Source: Escherichia phage RB69. Taken from it: a DNA stretch of 64,000 nucleotides. The notes beneath the pieces were generated by a model, which was not told where the DNA came from, did not search any database, and saw only the letters and a program-made list of their open reading frames with translations. The stretch lies in sequence record NC_004928.1. One strand, given 5' to 3'. Made by a program: the position numbers and the translations under genes. Of the stretch, positions 1-8,938 are shown piece by piece; positions within the stretch are counted from its first letter, which is position 1; each line of letters starts with the position of its first letter.

Positions 1-2214
1 TTATTTGGCCGCTTCCACGGCCTTCATGAATTTAACGATTTGAGCGACCTGTTCTTTGGAAAGAGTACCACGTCGTCCCATGTATTCTGACACAATATGA
101 TAATTGGTTTCAAATTCAATAACCATTTTATCATCATTATCGTAAGCATTATCTTTAAGCTTATCGAAAATTTTAGCACACAATTCTAACTTCCTGTTCA
201 GGTCTCTGTTATCAGCACCTGTGAATCGATTCCATCCCCAGCGATTATTTACTGTTGAGAGTTTTGCAAAGTCTTTACTGATTTCTTTGTTCTTAGAGCT
301 AAAATATTTACTAAGGAAATTAAGCTCTTCATTACGAGTAATATGATTCAAATAAGGCTGTGCTCTACGACTTGGTGATACATACTCATCATAATCCACT
401 TTATCAATTAGCGTAATATAGTCATTAATTGATTTTTCGAACAAACATTCTACTTCACCAAGTTTACGAACTTTCTTAACAATCTGCGGACGGACTACAG
501 TGAACTCTTTAATACCTGACAAATCGGCAATACGAGTCAAGAAATTAGAATCATAGTTCAACCAACCTTTATCTGCGTCAAGACATTCAGCGTTAGAACG
601 ATTACGAATTACAACATAACCTTGAATCTCATCAGCTTTACCGGCCGGAATAAAGAGATCTTCTGATACCCAAACATCGTTTTCATTCTTAAAGAACCGA
701 TGAGCACTTGGGGATTTAGGACGAGGCTGCGATGAACGTTCTTTAACTTCAATCCATGGTTTAACTAATGCAAGAATTTCAGAGGTCTTATAAAATTTAA
801 GGCTATCACCAGCGAAAATAACCTTTAATCGTTCCAGAAGTTTCATTGCAACTTCATCTTCCGGGTTAATGAATAATACGCTACTACCCCGTCCGGAAGG
901 AACCTTATCAACGAGTGTTGATGCATCTGTGGAAGTCAAAGCATCGTTCAGAGCACGCATCATTGGTACGCGGCCTTTCACATCGTCAATAACAATATCA
1001 ATATGCTTACGACTAATACCTAGCAGGCTATTAATTGAAATAGTTGCAGACGAGCTTCCGCTTTCACGAATACGACGAAGACGTGGGTCTGAAACGATAT
1101 CATATACAACGCCAAGGTTGCACCATTCAGGTCCCATTTTAAAACGTTTGTACAACTCAGAATAAGTTAGCTGTTCTTTAGAATATTTCAGTGATTCAAT
1201 ATTAGAACCAGCTTTTTCCATGTATTTACGAGCAGAGTAACCAAGAGAATCTATTTCACGGAATACATGACGTGGATATTCACAATCAATCCATTTCTTA
1301 GAATCTTCAGCAAATAATTTTGCATCAATTTCTGCAACACGTTTATGGATATTTGCTACTGTACGTTTATCAAATGACAATGCTTCACGAGACGGGGCTA
1401 CATCTAGTTCACCCATAGGGAATTTAATATAAGCTGTAGTGCATCGCGTCATCATCCATGTTTGTTCTTTAATAACACTTCCGATTGGATATACAATACC
1501 ACCATAAACAGCCATGATATTACCACGTTCACCCCATGGAGCTTCCTTGGCTAAATAAACATCATCGAATTCAGGGAAGTATTTGATATCTTTAACACCA
1601 CGAACTTCTGCAATATCGCCGAGAGGACGCATAACATAAGCAATTTCGGATGCGAACTTTTCAAAATCTTCTGGGTTAACAGGCACAACTACTTCAACGC
1701 CGGTCCGGTCATCAGGACCCATCTTATCTACAAAGGTCGGCTTAATTTGTGGACCTGTGTCATCTTGGTAGATTACGTAACCACGAACTTCACCATTATG
1801 ATAAGAAGTAATGTTAAACGTATCAGTATATGCTAATGGAGCTTTAGAACCGAGCCCGAATCCACCAATGAAATCGTTACTCGATGTTTTAGTTGAAGCA
1901 AAATATGAGTTATAAATTCCTGGCTCTTCGTCATTACCTCGAATGGTGAAATCGCTCATACCCGGTCCAAAATCACGAACTACAAAACGTGGGTCTAAAC
2001 GACCTGGAGCCTGAACAATAAACTTATCAGTGCAACCGTTAAGAATTTGTCCATCGATACAGTTTGTAATTAATTCACGTACACAAGCCAATTCTTTGTT
2101 TGTATAAAGGTCATTAGACAAAATCTTATAAACTTTGCTATTGCCTTGAATAGTGAATGCTGTGCTCTTACCGCCTGAACCAATAATCGTTTCTTTAGCC
2201 GTTTCGATAATCAT
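1..2214 (-). CDS. rIIA: rIIA membrane-associated rapid-lysis/exclusion-protection protein
   Basis: 737-aa ORF, stop TAA at 1-3; size and position as T4 rIIA; ATPase-like glycine-rich motifs near the N-terminus. Confidence 0.85.
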   Translation of the reverse strand: MIIETAKETIIGSGGKSTAFTIQGNSKVYKILSNDLYTNKELACVRELITNCIDGQILNGCTDKFIVQAPGRLDPRFVVRDFGPGMSDFTIRGNDEEPGIYNSYFASTKTSSNDFIGGFGLGSKAPLAYTDTFNITSYHNGEVRGYVIYQDDTGPQIKPTFVDKMGPDDRTGVEVVVPVNPEDFEKFASEIAYVMRPLGDIAEVRGVKDIKYFPEFDDVYLAKEAPWGERGNIMAVYGGIVYPIGSVIKEQTWMMTRCTTAYIKFPMGELDVAPSREALSFDKRTVANIHKRVAEIDAKLFAEDSKKWIDCEYPRHVFREIDSLGYSARKYMEKAGSNIESLKYSKEQLTYSELYKRFKMGPEWCNLGVVYDIVSDPRLRRIRESGSSSATISINSLLGISRKHIDIVIDDVKGRVPMMRALNDALTSTDASTLVDKVPSGRGSSVLFINPEDEVAMKLLERLKVIFAGDSLKFYKTSEILALVKPWIEVKERSSQPRPKSPSAHRFFKNENDVWVSEDLFIPAGKADEIQGYVVIRNRSNAECLDADKGWLNYDSNFLTRIADLSGIKEFTVVRPQIVKKVRKLGEVECLFEKSINDYITLIDKVDYDEYVSPSRRAQPYLNHITRNEELNFLSKYFSSKNKEISKDFAKLSTVNNRWGWNRFTGADNRDLNRKLELCAKIFDKLKDNAYDNDDKMVIEFETNYHIVSEYMGRRGTLSKEQVAQIVKFMKAVEAAK

Positions 2215-2226
2215 GTTTTTCTCTCA

Positions 2227-2427
2227 TCACAAGTTACGTTTAAAAATTTCTGCCACTTCGAGAAGTTCTTCTTTAGTAGCTGTGTCGGTTTGTATTTTAT
2301 ATCGAATTTCTTTAAAGCGTTCTTTAAAGGACTCTGCTGATTCGATATCAAAAAATCTTTGGATAAGCCGGAATTCCCGGAGCACTGCTTTATCAAAAAG
2401 TTCCAAGTCCACGTTATATGTTCTCAT
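2227..2427 (-). CDS. rIIA.1: rIIA.1-like small protein
   Basis: 66-aa ORF immediately upstream of rIIA, as in T4. Confidence 0.55.
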   Translation of the reverse strand: MRTYNVDLELFDKAVLREFRLIQRFFDIESAESFKERFKEIRYKIQTDTATKEELLEVAEIFKRNL

Positions 2428-2519
2428 AATATTCTCTTCAGTAGATTCCTAGGGCGCTATTACTAAAGACCATATAATCTATCATCTTATGTGTAATAGT
2501 GCCTCAGGCTATTCAGGAT

Positions 2520-3620
2520 TTACGCTGTGAAGATTTTATCCCACATCGCAACAACCGCATCTCGGTTATACTTCTTCCATACTGCTTCAGCACGTTTAAC
2601 TCGAGCTTCGTATGTGTCAGTGAATTCTAATACAGCTTTTATGTAAAGCGCAACTACTTCTTTTTTAGGAGTAGAGGAATCAATTTCTACACGCACAGTA
2701 TCTGGGTCGTATTCAAATGTCGCATGAGGATAATCCTTAAAAACTAACTGGATTACAGGGACACCTTTAGAGATGGCTTCAATAGAACTATTCTCTACCG
2801 TACCTGTGTCAGGACACGTATTAATAAGTGCTTTAGCTGTTTTAAGACGTTCCATAATTTCACTATGTGGAGCATCAATAATAACAGGATATTTAGCTGG
2901 TGGTGCCCATTTACTAGGACAGTATCCTGCACCATTTTCGCCTAGTGCTTTAATCGCTTCAAGAGCAACATCAGTACGACGCATTTTAGTGTCATAGCGT
3001 TGTGCACTAATAATCAGATCAGTCGCCGGAAGAACTTCAGGTTTCTCATTCAAACAAATAACCGGATAATCTTCGGCTTCAAACAACGGATTTGCTCGCC
3101 AATAATCATAATCGATTTTGTCAGTCAGACCTGAAGTCATATAACAATATTTGCGTTCAAATTCACGGAAGGCTTTAGTAGGAGCATAACTCTTACCACC
3201 ATTCTTATGAATTTGAATAGTCTGGTCCCAAATTTGAACAATGCCACGAGATACCGGTTCAAATGGTGTTGCCATAAAATTCTTATGAACTTTAGAGAGA
3301 CCTGCGTCTTTAATTGCCTGAACGGTTAGTTTAGTCGGTTCCATAGTAACAACAAAATCGTATTCATGGATGCCGGCTAGTTCAACAATCTTACGAGCCA
3401 TAGTATAACTCATACCTAGACTGAATTTAGTCAGATGACCAACAGGATGATGATTAACCTTCCAATCACCAAATGTGTCATTATCAAAGCCAATATAATC
3501 AATATCAGCACCGATGGACACAAGATATTTCAACACATTTAAATGTACTGCTTCAAGACCACCTTGTACACGGTCAGGGTTAAATGGGACTGCGCGAGAT
3601 GGGATAAACATAACTTTCAT
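2520..3620 (-). CDS. candidate sugar transferase for DNA modification (position of T4 mobA)
   Basis: 366-aa ORF between rIIA.1 and gene 39; no endonuclease motifs; transferase-sized; function inferred from context. Confidence 0.4.
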   Translation of the reverse strand: MKVMFIPSRAVPFNPDRVQGGLEAVHLNVLKYLVSIGADIDYIGFDNDTFGDWKVNHHPVGHLTKFSLGMSYTMARKIVELAGIHEYDFVVTMEPTKLTVQAIKDAGLSKVHKNFMATPFEPVSRGIVQIWDQTIQIHKNGGKSYAPTKAFREFERKYCYMTSGLTDKIDYDYWRANPLFEAEDYPVICLNEKPEVLPATDLIISAQRYDTKMRRTDVALEAIKALGENGAGYCPSKWAPPAKYPVIIDAPHSEIMERLKTAKALINTCPDTGTVENSSIEAISKGVPVIQLVFKDYPHATFEYDPDTVRVEIDSSTPKKEVVALYIKAVLEFTDTYEARVKRAEAVWKKYNRDAVVAMWDKIFTA

Positions 3621-3632
3621 AATTAAGCCTTA

Positions 3633-3664
3633 TTAAAATTAAAATGAAGCTCCCGAAGGAGCTT
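3633..3664 (-). terminator. Intrinsic terminator, UUCG-tetraloop hairpin followed by U-rich tract
   Basis: plus-strand aagctcc-cgaa-ggagctt; on the minus-strand RNA the loop is UUCG and is followed by a U-rich run; overlaps the gene 39 stop. Confidence 0.5.
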
Positions 3665-5483
3665 AGGACATCCATTCTTTACGAAGTTCTGAATCATCAC
3701 CCATCAACATTTCAAAGAGTTCTTTCCAATTTTCAGGAAGTTTAACTACGTCGTACACAGGGTTCTGAATCATTTTACGATATTCTGACTTTTCAAGGGA
3801 GCCTAATCCCTTGATGTATCGAATACTATGCTTAGGCAGTGTATCTTTAGCTTCTTCATACTCAGCTACAGTATAAAACCATTTTTGAGTTTTGCCAATT
3901 TGTGCAATAATTACAGGCGTTTTAACAAAGCGAATACGTCCTTGTTCAAACAATTCAGGCCAATTACTAAAGAAAGCAAGCAAAGCCGGATAAATACTTC
4001 CAAGGCCGTCATGATCGGCATCGGTCATAATTGCAATATTACGATAGTTCGTATTCTCTGCCTTTTCACCAAGAATAAGACCTGTGATAGCACAGATATC
4101 AAAGAGCTCTTTGTTCTTCATCATATCAGCATATGACATACCCCAGCTATTCATCACCTTACCACGTAATGGGAATCCGCCGTGTAGTTCACGGTCACGA
4201 ACATCAATGAGATATCCAATTGCCGAATCACCTTCTGTTAAGAACAATGTCGTATCTGCATCTTTACCGCATTGGTTAGCTTTAATATGCTTATGAACCT
4301 TAGCTTTAGTTGCCTTTTTAGCTGCTTTAGTTTCTGCAGCCTTTTCTGCTGCCAATTTACGAGCTAATGCTGCTTCAACAATAGGCATAATCAAGGCTTC
4401 GTTTTTAAGAAGTGCCTGAGCAATTTTCTTAGCATCTAATTGGATATGATTACGAATATCACCATACGTTGACGTTAAACGTTCTTTAGTCTGAGAATCA
4501 AAACGCATGTTGCTCATATCTCTAATAAACATCAACATTGTGAGACATTCTTTAACACGAGCTTTAGTGACTTCAATACCCTTATATTTCTTTTTAATAC
4601 CAGGCAAAAGATGTTCGCAGATATCATCCATTACACATTCAACATGATGACCACCATTTTTAGTATGGATGTTATTCACATAAGTTAAATGACGGAAGCC
4701 ATCTGGTGATGTTGTGAATGCTATAGAGACTTTATCATTTTCTTGAATGATGTTATCTTCGCCAAATTGTTTAGCAAATCGTTTAAAATTACCATCAACC
4801 TTTTTACCATTAAATGTGAACTTGATATCAGGATAAACGACTGCCAATGTTTGAAGTCGGTCTAAAGTAATATCTAAATAAATTTGAGATAAATTATGCT
4901 CTTCAAATGAAGTGAAATCAGGAGTGAAGATTACTTTAGTTCCTTTACCTTTAGATTTCTTAGAAGACCATGATTTGTTTTCCATTCCGTTTGAACAGTT
5001 AACAGTGATTTCATTTTCGCCATCTGACGTGATGCCTGTAAACAACGTAGAGAAGATATTAGTTAAACTACTCCCGACGCCGTTCATACCACCGGTCTTG
5101 CGTTCAGAGTCATCGCCAAAGTTACCACCAGCCTTTGGAATAGTCCAGGCTGCTACAGGCCCAGGAATTTGTTCACCCGTTTGGTCGGTAACTAAACCTT
5201 GAGGAATACCACGTCCGTTATCTTCCACCGAAACTTGATTATTTTTAATTTGCACATCAATTTTATTTGCAAACTTAAATGATGTACGAATAGCTTCATC
5301 AACCGAGTTGTCAATAATCTCATCGATTAATTTAACCAGACCAAGGAACATTTCAACTGGTGAATAATTACCAACCAAAAACGGCTCGTGGGCTTCTTTA
5401 GCAGAAAGAACCAATATACATACCATACGGTTTCTTAATAATGGTTCTACATCTGACAATACCCTAATTTCATTTTTAATCAT
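3663..5483 (-). CDS. 39: DNA topoisomerase II large (ATPase) subunit, genes 39 and 60 fused
   Basis: 606-aa ORF, GyrB-like ATPase; length equals T4 gp39 plus gp60, so no split gene 60. Confidence 0.85.
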   Translation of the reverse strand: MIKNEIRVLSDVEPLLRNRMVCILVLSAKEAHEPFLVGNYSPVEMFLGLVKLIDEIIDNSVDEAIRTSFKFANKIDVQIKNNQVSVEDNGRGIPQGLVTDQTGEQIPGPVAAWTIPKAGGNFGDDSERKTGGMNGVGSSLTNIFSTLFTGITSDGENEITVNCSNGMENKSWSSKKSKGKGTKVIFTPDFTSFEEHNLSQIYLDITLDRLQTLAVVYPDIKFTFNGKKVDGNFKRFAKQFGEDNIIQENDKVSIAFTTSPDGFRHLTYVNNIHTKNGGHHVECVMDDICEHLLPGIKKKYKGIEVTKARVKECLTMLMFIRDMSNMRFDSQTKERLTSTYGDIRNHIQLDAKKIAQALLKNEALIMPIVEAALARKLAAEKAAETKAAKKATKAKVHKHIKANQCGKDADTTLFLTEGDSAIGYLIDVRDRELHGGFPLRGKVMNSWGMSYADMMKNKELFDICAITGLILGEKAENTNYRNIAIMTDADHDGLGSIYPALLAFFSNWPELFEQGRIRFVKTPVIIAQIGKTQKWFYTVAEYEEAKDTLPKHSIRYIKGLGSLEKSEYRKMIQNPVYDVVKLPENWKELFEMLMGDDSELRKEWMS

Positions 5484-5505
5484 GTTGTCTCCTCGTTATG
5501 AAGGT

Positions 5506-5531
5506 ATTCTATCATCCGAAATCTAAAGCAA
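5506..5531 (-). promoter_or_regulatory. T4 middle-type promoter (MotA box TGCTTTA plus -10 TAGAAT)
   Basis: minus strand reads tttTGCTTTA, 12 nt, TAGAAT, then GAGGAG ribosome-binding site and the gene 39 ATG. Confidence 0.5.
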
Positions 5532-5548
5532 AAAGGGCCGAAGCCCTT
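5527..5548 (-). terminator. Intrinsic terminator with UUCG tetraloop
   Basis: agggc-cgaa-gccct hairpin followed by UUUUUGCUUU on the minus-strand RNA. Confidence 0.55.
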
Positions 5549-5969
5549 ATTTAAATTTAATTTTCTGAAGTGCATCAATTGCAGCCAAACGCCCTTGTTC
5601 ACTTTTAACTGTAATGACCACATCGCCTGATACGATCACCGAACCATCAACAAATTCTATAGAGCCTTTTTTGAAATCGACAGCTGTATCTGGTTCCGGA
5701 ACTTCTTCAAAGAATTTAAATTCTGCACCATAAAGCAGAATATCACCTTGCATACTAATGATTGTACGTCCAGGTCCATCGGTTTCAGCGGCAATCATTG
5801 AAACACCGTAACCAATCATCTCTTCTACAATAAAATCTCTTGATAATAAAACTGTATGCAGAGTAGTGTTAAGACGTTTACCAGTTGTATTAAGAATTCT
5901 CAAGAAATTATCTTCTTGACCTTTGATAATACGATATTTCTTACCAACTTCAAAACCTTTAAAAGCCAT
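5547..5969 (-). CDS. hypothetical protein (size and position compatible with T4 goF)
   Basis: 140-aa ORF upstream of gene 39. Confidence 0.45.
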   Translation of the reverse strand: MAFKGFEVGKKYRIIKGQEDNFLRILNTTGKRLNTTLHTVLLSRDFIVEEMIGYGVSMIAAETDGPGRTIISMQGDILLYGAEFKFFEEVPEPDTAVDFKKGSIEFVDGSVIVSGDVVITVKSEQGRLAAIDALQKIKFK

Positions 5970-5971
5970 AA

Positions 5972-6151
5972 TTAACCCTTCTTAAGTAAGTCGTAAAAAC
6001 CACCGTTCACATGTTTAGGAGCAGAAACCCGACGAGTAGACAGACGATGACATTCAGGGCAAACATCGTTTTCTCGTTCAGAAATTCTTTTAATTTTTTC
6101 ATATTCATGACCACAATCTTCAGATTGGCATTTATAGTCGTATAACGGCAT
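5972..6151 (-). CDS. FmdB-like zinc-ribbon protein
   Basis: 59-aa ORF translated by hand: MPLYDYKCQSEDCGHEYEKIKRISERENDVCPECH...; two CxxC pairs; fills the gap between neighbouring genes exactly. Confidence 0.5.
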   Translation of the reverse strand: MPLYDYKCQSEDCGHEYEKIKRISERENDVCPECHRLSTRRVSAPKHVNGGFYDLLKKG

Positions 6152-6153
6152 TA

Positions 6154-6582
6154 TTATTCCTTAAAATATGCTTTCAACATTCGATACAAAGACCACGCCT
6201 GGTCGTTATTTTCGATAGTAATCGTCATCACAGGAAATTCAGACAATTCGTCAAGTTCACCAGAATCTTGCTCTTCGGACGCTTGATATGGATTTCCAAC
6301 TTCGTCAAAGAACTCTGCTTCATTCGTGGAGAGCCAGATAAAGTTTTCATCAAGGATATCACCGCCTGTTGCGTATCCAACCATGCCAGTAGATGTCACA
6401 ATTTTAGTAGGACGTCCAAGATGGTCAACATCTAATACTTTAAATGGTTCCATGCCAAGACGTCGTGCGTAAATCCCATTATCAGTGTGGTCTTTAATAA
6501 ACTCTTCTTGGGCACGTTTATCTTTAAATTGGTACCATGAGTTAACGCTGAATTTATTAGCCATTAGTAAGTTTCCTTCCAA
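6154..6582 (-). CDS. hypothetical protein
   Basis: 142-aa ORF. Confidence 0.5.
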   Translation of the reverse strand: MEGNLLMANKFSVNSWYQFKDKRAQEEFIKDHTDNGIYARRLGMEPFKVLDVDHLGRPTKIVTSTGMVGYATGGDILDENFIWLSTNEAEFFDEVGNPYQASEEQDSGELDELSEFPVMTITIENNDQAWSLYRMLKAYFKE

Positions 6583-6791
6583 TAAGTTGTACCATTTTCA
6601 GTGATTTCACGGAAGATACCATAGATAGGCATTTCATCACCGAGTTTTTCGTAAACATAAACCACTTCAGTGTAGCATAAAAATTCAGTCCAGTTTTTCT
6701 GTACAACAACTAAATCAGGATTAAACAGAACATCTTCAAACTCGTCACGATTCGATTCAGTGGTTACATTTTTAATAATTTGACGTTTCAT
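6564..6791 (-). CDS. hypothetical protein
   Basis: ORF track 6564..6836; the first 15 codons are a read-through of the promoter/ribosome-binding cassette, so the likely start is Met16 after GAGGAG. Confidence 0.45.
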   Translation of the reverse strand: MKRQIIKNVTTESNRDEFEDVLFNPDLVVVQKNWTEFLCYTEVVYVYEKLGDEMPIYGIFREITENGTTYWKETY

Positions 6792-6819
6792 AATATTCTC
6801 CTCTTGTTTTGATAGGTCT

Positions 6820-6848
6820 ATAGTATCATAGACCATAGTTGTTGTACA
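6820..6848 (-). promoter_or_regulatory. early-type promoter cassette (TGTACA, 17 nt, TACTAT) with ggtctat/atagacc inverted repeat
   Basis: sigma70-like -35 and -10 on the minus strand upstream of the GAGGAG site. Confidence 0.4.
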
Positions 6849-7373
6849 TCATTTTAGCAAAATAAAATCAACTTGTTCTGCTAACGAACGTCTGAACATT
6901 AATTGACAACTTCCGAGTATGAAATCAAGTGCTTCATAGACCGCGATGTAGTATCCTTTAGCTTTGAAGAGTTCAACATCCACCTGGTCATCAAACCATG
7001 CATAAACCGCGTCAACACTTTCAAATCCAAAATAGAACTCTTGAGCCCAATCTTCGTTCAATTCAAATGTGTGCTCAATTCTATAGTATCTTAAGATATT
7101 TTGTTCAAGGAGTTTGTCTTCATTTACTGTAGGACGATTAGGGACATTATAGTTGTCGCCGTGATGGTAGAAGTTACCTGAGATTATTCCATGTTTATCA
7201 AGGAATTCCCATGTTTCTTCAGAGTTGTCAGTGCCAGACCAACCGTAAGGTGAGCGAGGTTCTTTATTCCAAGAGGTTTCCCAAATTCTGACGGCTTTAC
7301 CGTCTTCGATAGCAATTCCTGGTAATGATTCACGTTGAGTACAAAAACTACGTTCTACGCGGTAAACTAACAT
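6849..7373 (-). CDS. hypothetical protein
   Basis: 174-aa ORF. Confidence 0.5.
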   Translation of the reverse strand: MLVYRVERSFCTQRESLPGIAIEDGKAVRIWETSWNKEPRSPYGWSGTDNSEETWEFLDKHGIISGNFYHHGDNYNVPNRPTVNEDKLLEQNILRYYRIEHTFELNEDWAQEFYFGFESVDAVYAWFDDQVDVELFKAKGYYIAVYEALDFILGSCQLMFRRSLAEQVDFILLK

Positions 7374-7399
7374 ATTATTCTCCTCTGGTTGATATGGGT

Positions 7400-7428
7400 T
7401 ATAATATCAAAACCAGAGGAGAAGTAAA
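7400..7428 (-). promoter_or_regulatory. early promoter (GTTTAC, 17 nt, TATTAT); spacer complementary to the downstream ribosome-binding site
   Basis: cctctggtt (7381-7389) and aaccagagg (7411-7419) form an inverted repeat around the -10. Confidence 0.5.
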
Positions 7429-7433
7429 CAACT

Positions 7434-7853
7434 TTATGCGAAAGCAGCTGGGCTATATTTTTTAATTTGGAATTCAGGAACTACCATGAACTGTCCAGCG
7501 AAAACGATGTTATAAAGCTTAACACCATCTTCTACCCAACGGTCGCTAATAAAACCAGCAATTTGCTTAGTTTTCCATGGCGTTCCATCAGTTGCCGCAG
7601 CAATAGTGAATTCATGGTCTTTTTCAACAGAAACTGATCTGCATAGTCCCCATTTGAACGCTTTTTCTTCTGGTTCAATGAATTGGCTTTTAACGTAACC
7701 AATGTTACCATCGGCGTCACGAACTTTAACTTCATTACGTCCAAAAACCGGATCGCTCACAGAAAGAACTTCAACCAACTTCCCGGCAACTTTAGAGCGA
7801 GAAGCATCTGATACGTGTACATAATCACCAATAGAGAGATTTGCAATATTCAT
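7434..7853 (-). CDS. hypothetical protein, tandem paralogue A
   Basis: 139 aa; shares RSK.AG.LVEV and FISD.WVEDG.KLYNIVF motifs with the next ORF. Confidence 0.55.
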   Translation of the reverse strand: MNIANLSIGDYVHVSDASRSKVAGKLVEVLSVSDPVFGRNEVKVRDADGNIGYVKSQFIEPEEKAFKWGLCRSVSVEKDHEFTIAAATDGTPWKTKQIAGFISDRWVEDGVKLYNIVFAGQFMVVPEFQIKKYSPAAFA

Positions 7854-7862
7854 AATAATTCC

Positions 7863-8318
7863 TTAAGCTTTACGAGGAGACACATAGCGAGTGATTTCAG
7901 ATTCTTTAACAACTCGGAAGTCACCTAAGAATACGATATTGTATAACTTTTCACCATCTTCAACCCATTGGTCGCTAATGAAGCCACACATGGTATCAGT
8001 TGTGCTTGGATAACCGTATTCGTCGATGTAATCAAATTCTTTATCGGTAATAAATTCAACACCTTTGCAAAGGGCCCATTTAAACTGTACATTAGGTTCA
8101 GTAGAAGCAAAATGAGCGCTCACAGGAGTTTCCAAAAATTTAGGACTTACGTAAGCGTACCGAGTTTCAGTTTTCCCAGAACTAGGAATGATTCGAACTT
8201 TAACTTCTTTAACACGACCAGTACCATTAGTACGAAGTCCTACCACTTCAACTAGACGACCTGCAGCTTTAGAACGAGATGCAGTTGATACACGCTTAAT
8301 TTCACCAATAGTAATCAT
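7863..8318 (-). CDS. hypothetical protein, tandem paralogue B
   Basis: 151 aa; paralogous to 7434..7853. Confidence 0.55.
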   Translation of the reverse strand: MITIGEIKRVSTASRSKAAGRLVEVVGLRTNGTGRVKEVKVRIIPSSGKTETRYAYVSPKFLETPVSAHFASTEPNVQFKWALCKGVEFITDKEFDYIDEYGYPSTTDTMCGFISDQWVEDGEKLYNIVFLGDFRVVKESEITRYVSPRKA

Positions 8319-8344
8319 AATTTTTCTCTCTTTGTTGTTAAGAT

Positions 8345-8376
8345 TTATACTCCATCCGTCCTTGGATGTACAACAT
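8345..8376 (-). promoter_or_regulatory. early promoter cassette, degenerate copy of the tccaaccatccttgg family
   Basis: minus strand TTGTACA, 17 nt, TATAAAT. Confidence 0.4.
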
Positions 8377-8473
8377 TAATTAAGGATATTAACCACAGCA
8401 CTACGTGGAACTACACTAAAATCACCTGCATGAACAACGTTCAGAAGTTCAACAACCGTCTTCAATCCACTGA

Positions 8474-8872
8474 TCAGTTACCCATCCACTCACTGGACCT
8501 GCGAAACGGACGTCGAATTGAAACAGCTTTACACAACAAATCAGTAGGCTCAATAGGCTTAATCAGAGTACCGTATATACAAGCGATATCCATATCAATA
8601 CAGATGTCTTTAACGGGTTCTACTTCTTCAATCAACAGTTCAAAGTCTGTGCTTGGAAGGGCGGTAGTAGAAATTGTACCATATGAATTTTTAATTTCTA
8701 AGAATAACCAAGGGCCTTCAGCTTGTTTGATGAAGTTAACAATAGTGAAACTATTACCTTGAGTGGCGCCTAAAATTTCACAAAACTTTTCATAAGCTCG
8801 CACTGAAGCACCGTACCAGTTAATTTGTTTTTCGTCTTTCAGGATGTAAGTAGCCGTAGTATTGATATTCAT
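8474..8872 (-). CDS. hypothetical protein
   Basis: 132-aa ORF. Confidence 0.5.
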   Translation of the reverse strand: MNINTTATYILKDEKQINWYGASVRAYEKFCEILGATQGNSFTIVNFIKQAEGPWLFLEIKNSYGTISTTALPSTDFELLIEEVEPVKDICIDMDIACIYGTLIKPIEPTDLLCKAVSIRRPFRRSSEWMGN

Positions 8873-8890
8873 AATGTTTTCCTGTTTGGT

Positions 8891-8938
8891 ATAAGATAGA
8901 AAGATTATACTCCAACCATCCTTGGTTGTAAACTGTTT
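8891..8938. repeat. about 48-bp direct repeat, copy 1 (second copy at 50964..51010)
   Basis: taagatagaaagattatactccaaccatccttggttgtaaactgtttt read by eye at both sites. Confidence 0.6.
8904..8933 (-). promoter_or_regulatory. early promoter (GTTTACA, 17 nt, TATAAT) with spacer hairpin
   Basis: minus strand GTTTACAACCAAGGATGGTTGGAGTATAAT; spacer holds caacca-agga-tggttg. Confidence 0.55.

Noticed and set aside
869-1165. 98-aa plus-strand ORF inside rIIA (and similar plus-strand ORFs inside genes 39, 43, 46, nrdD and others)
   Set aside because: All are antisense to well-supported minus-strand genes, lack ribosome-binding sites and have biased composition.
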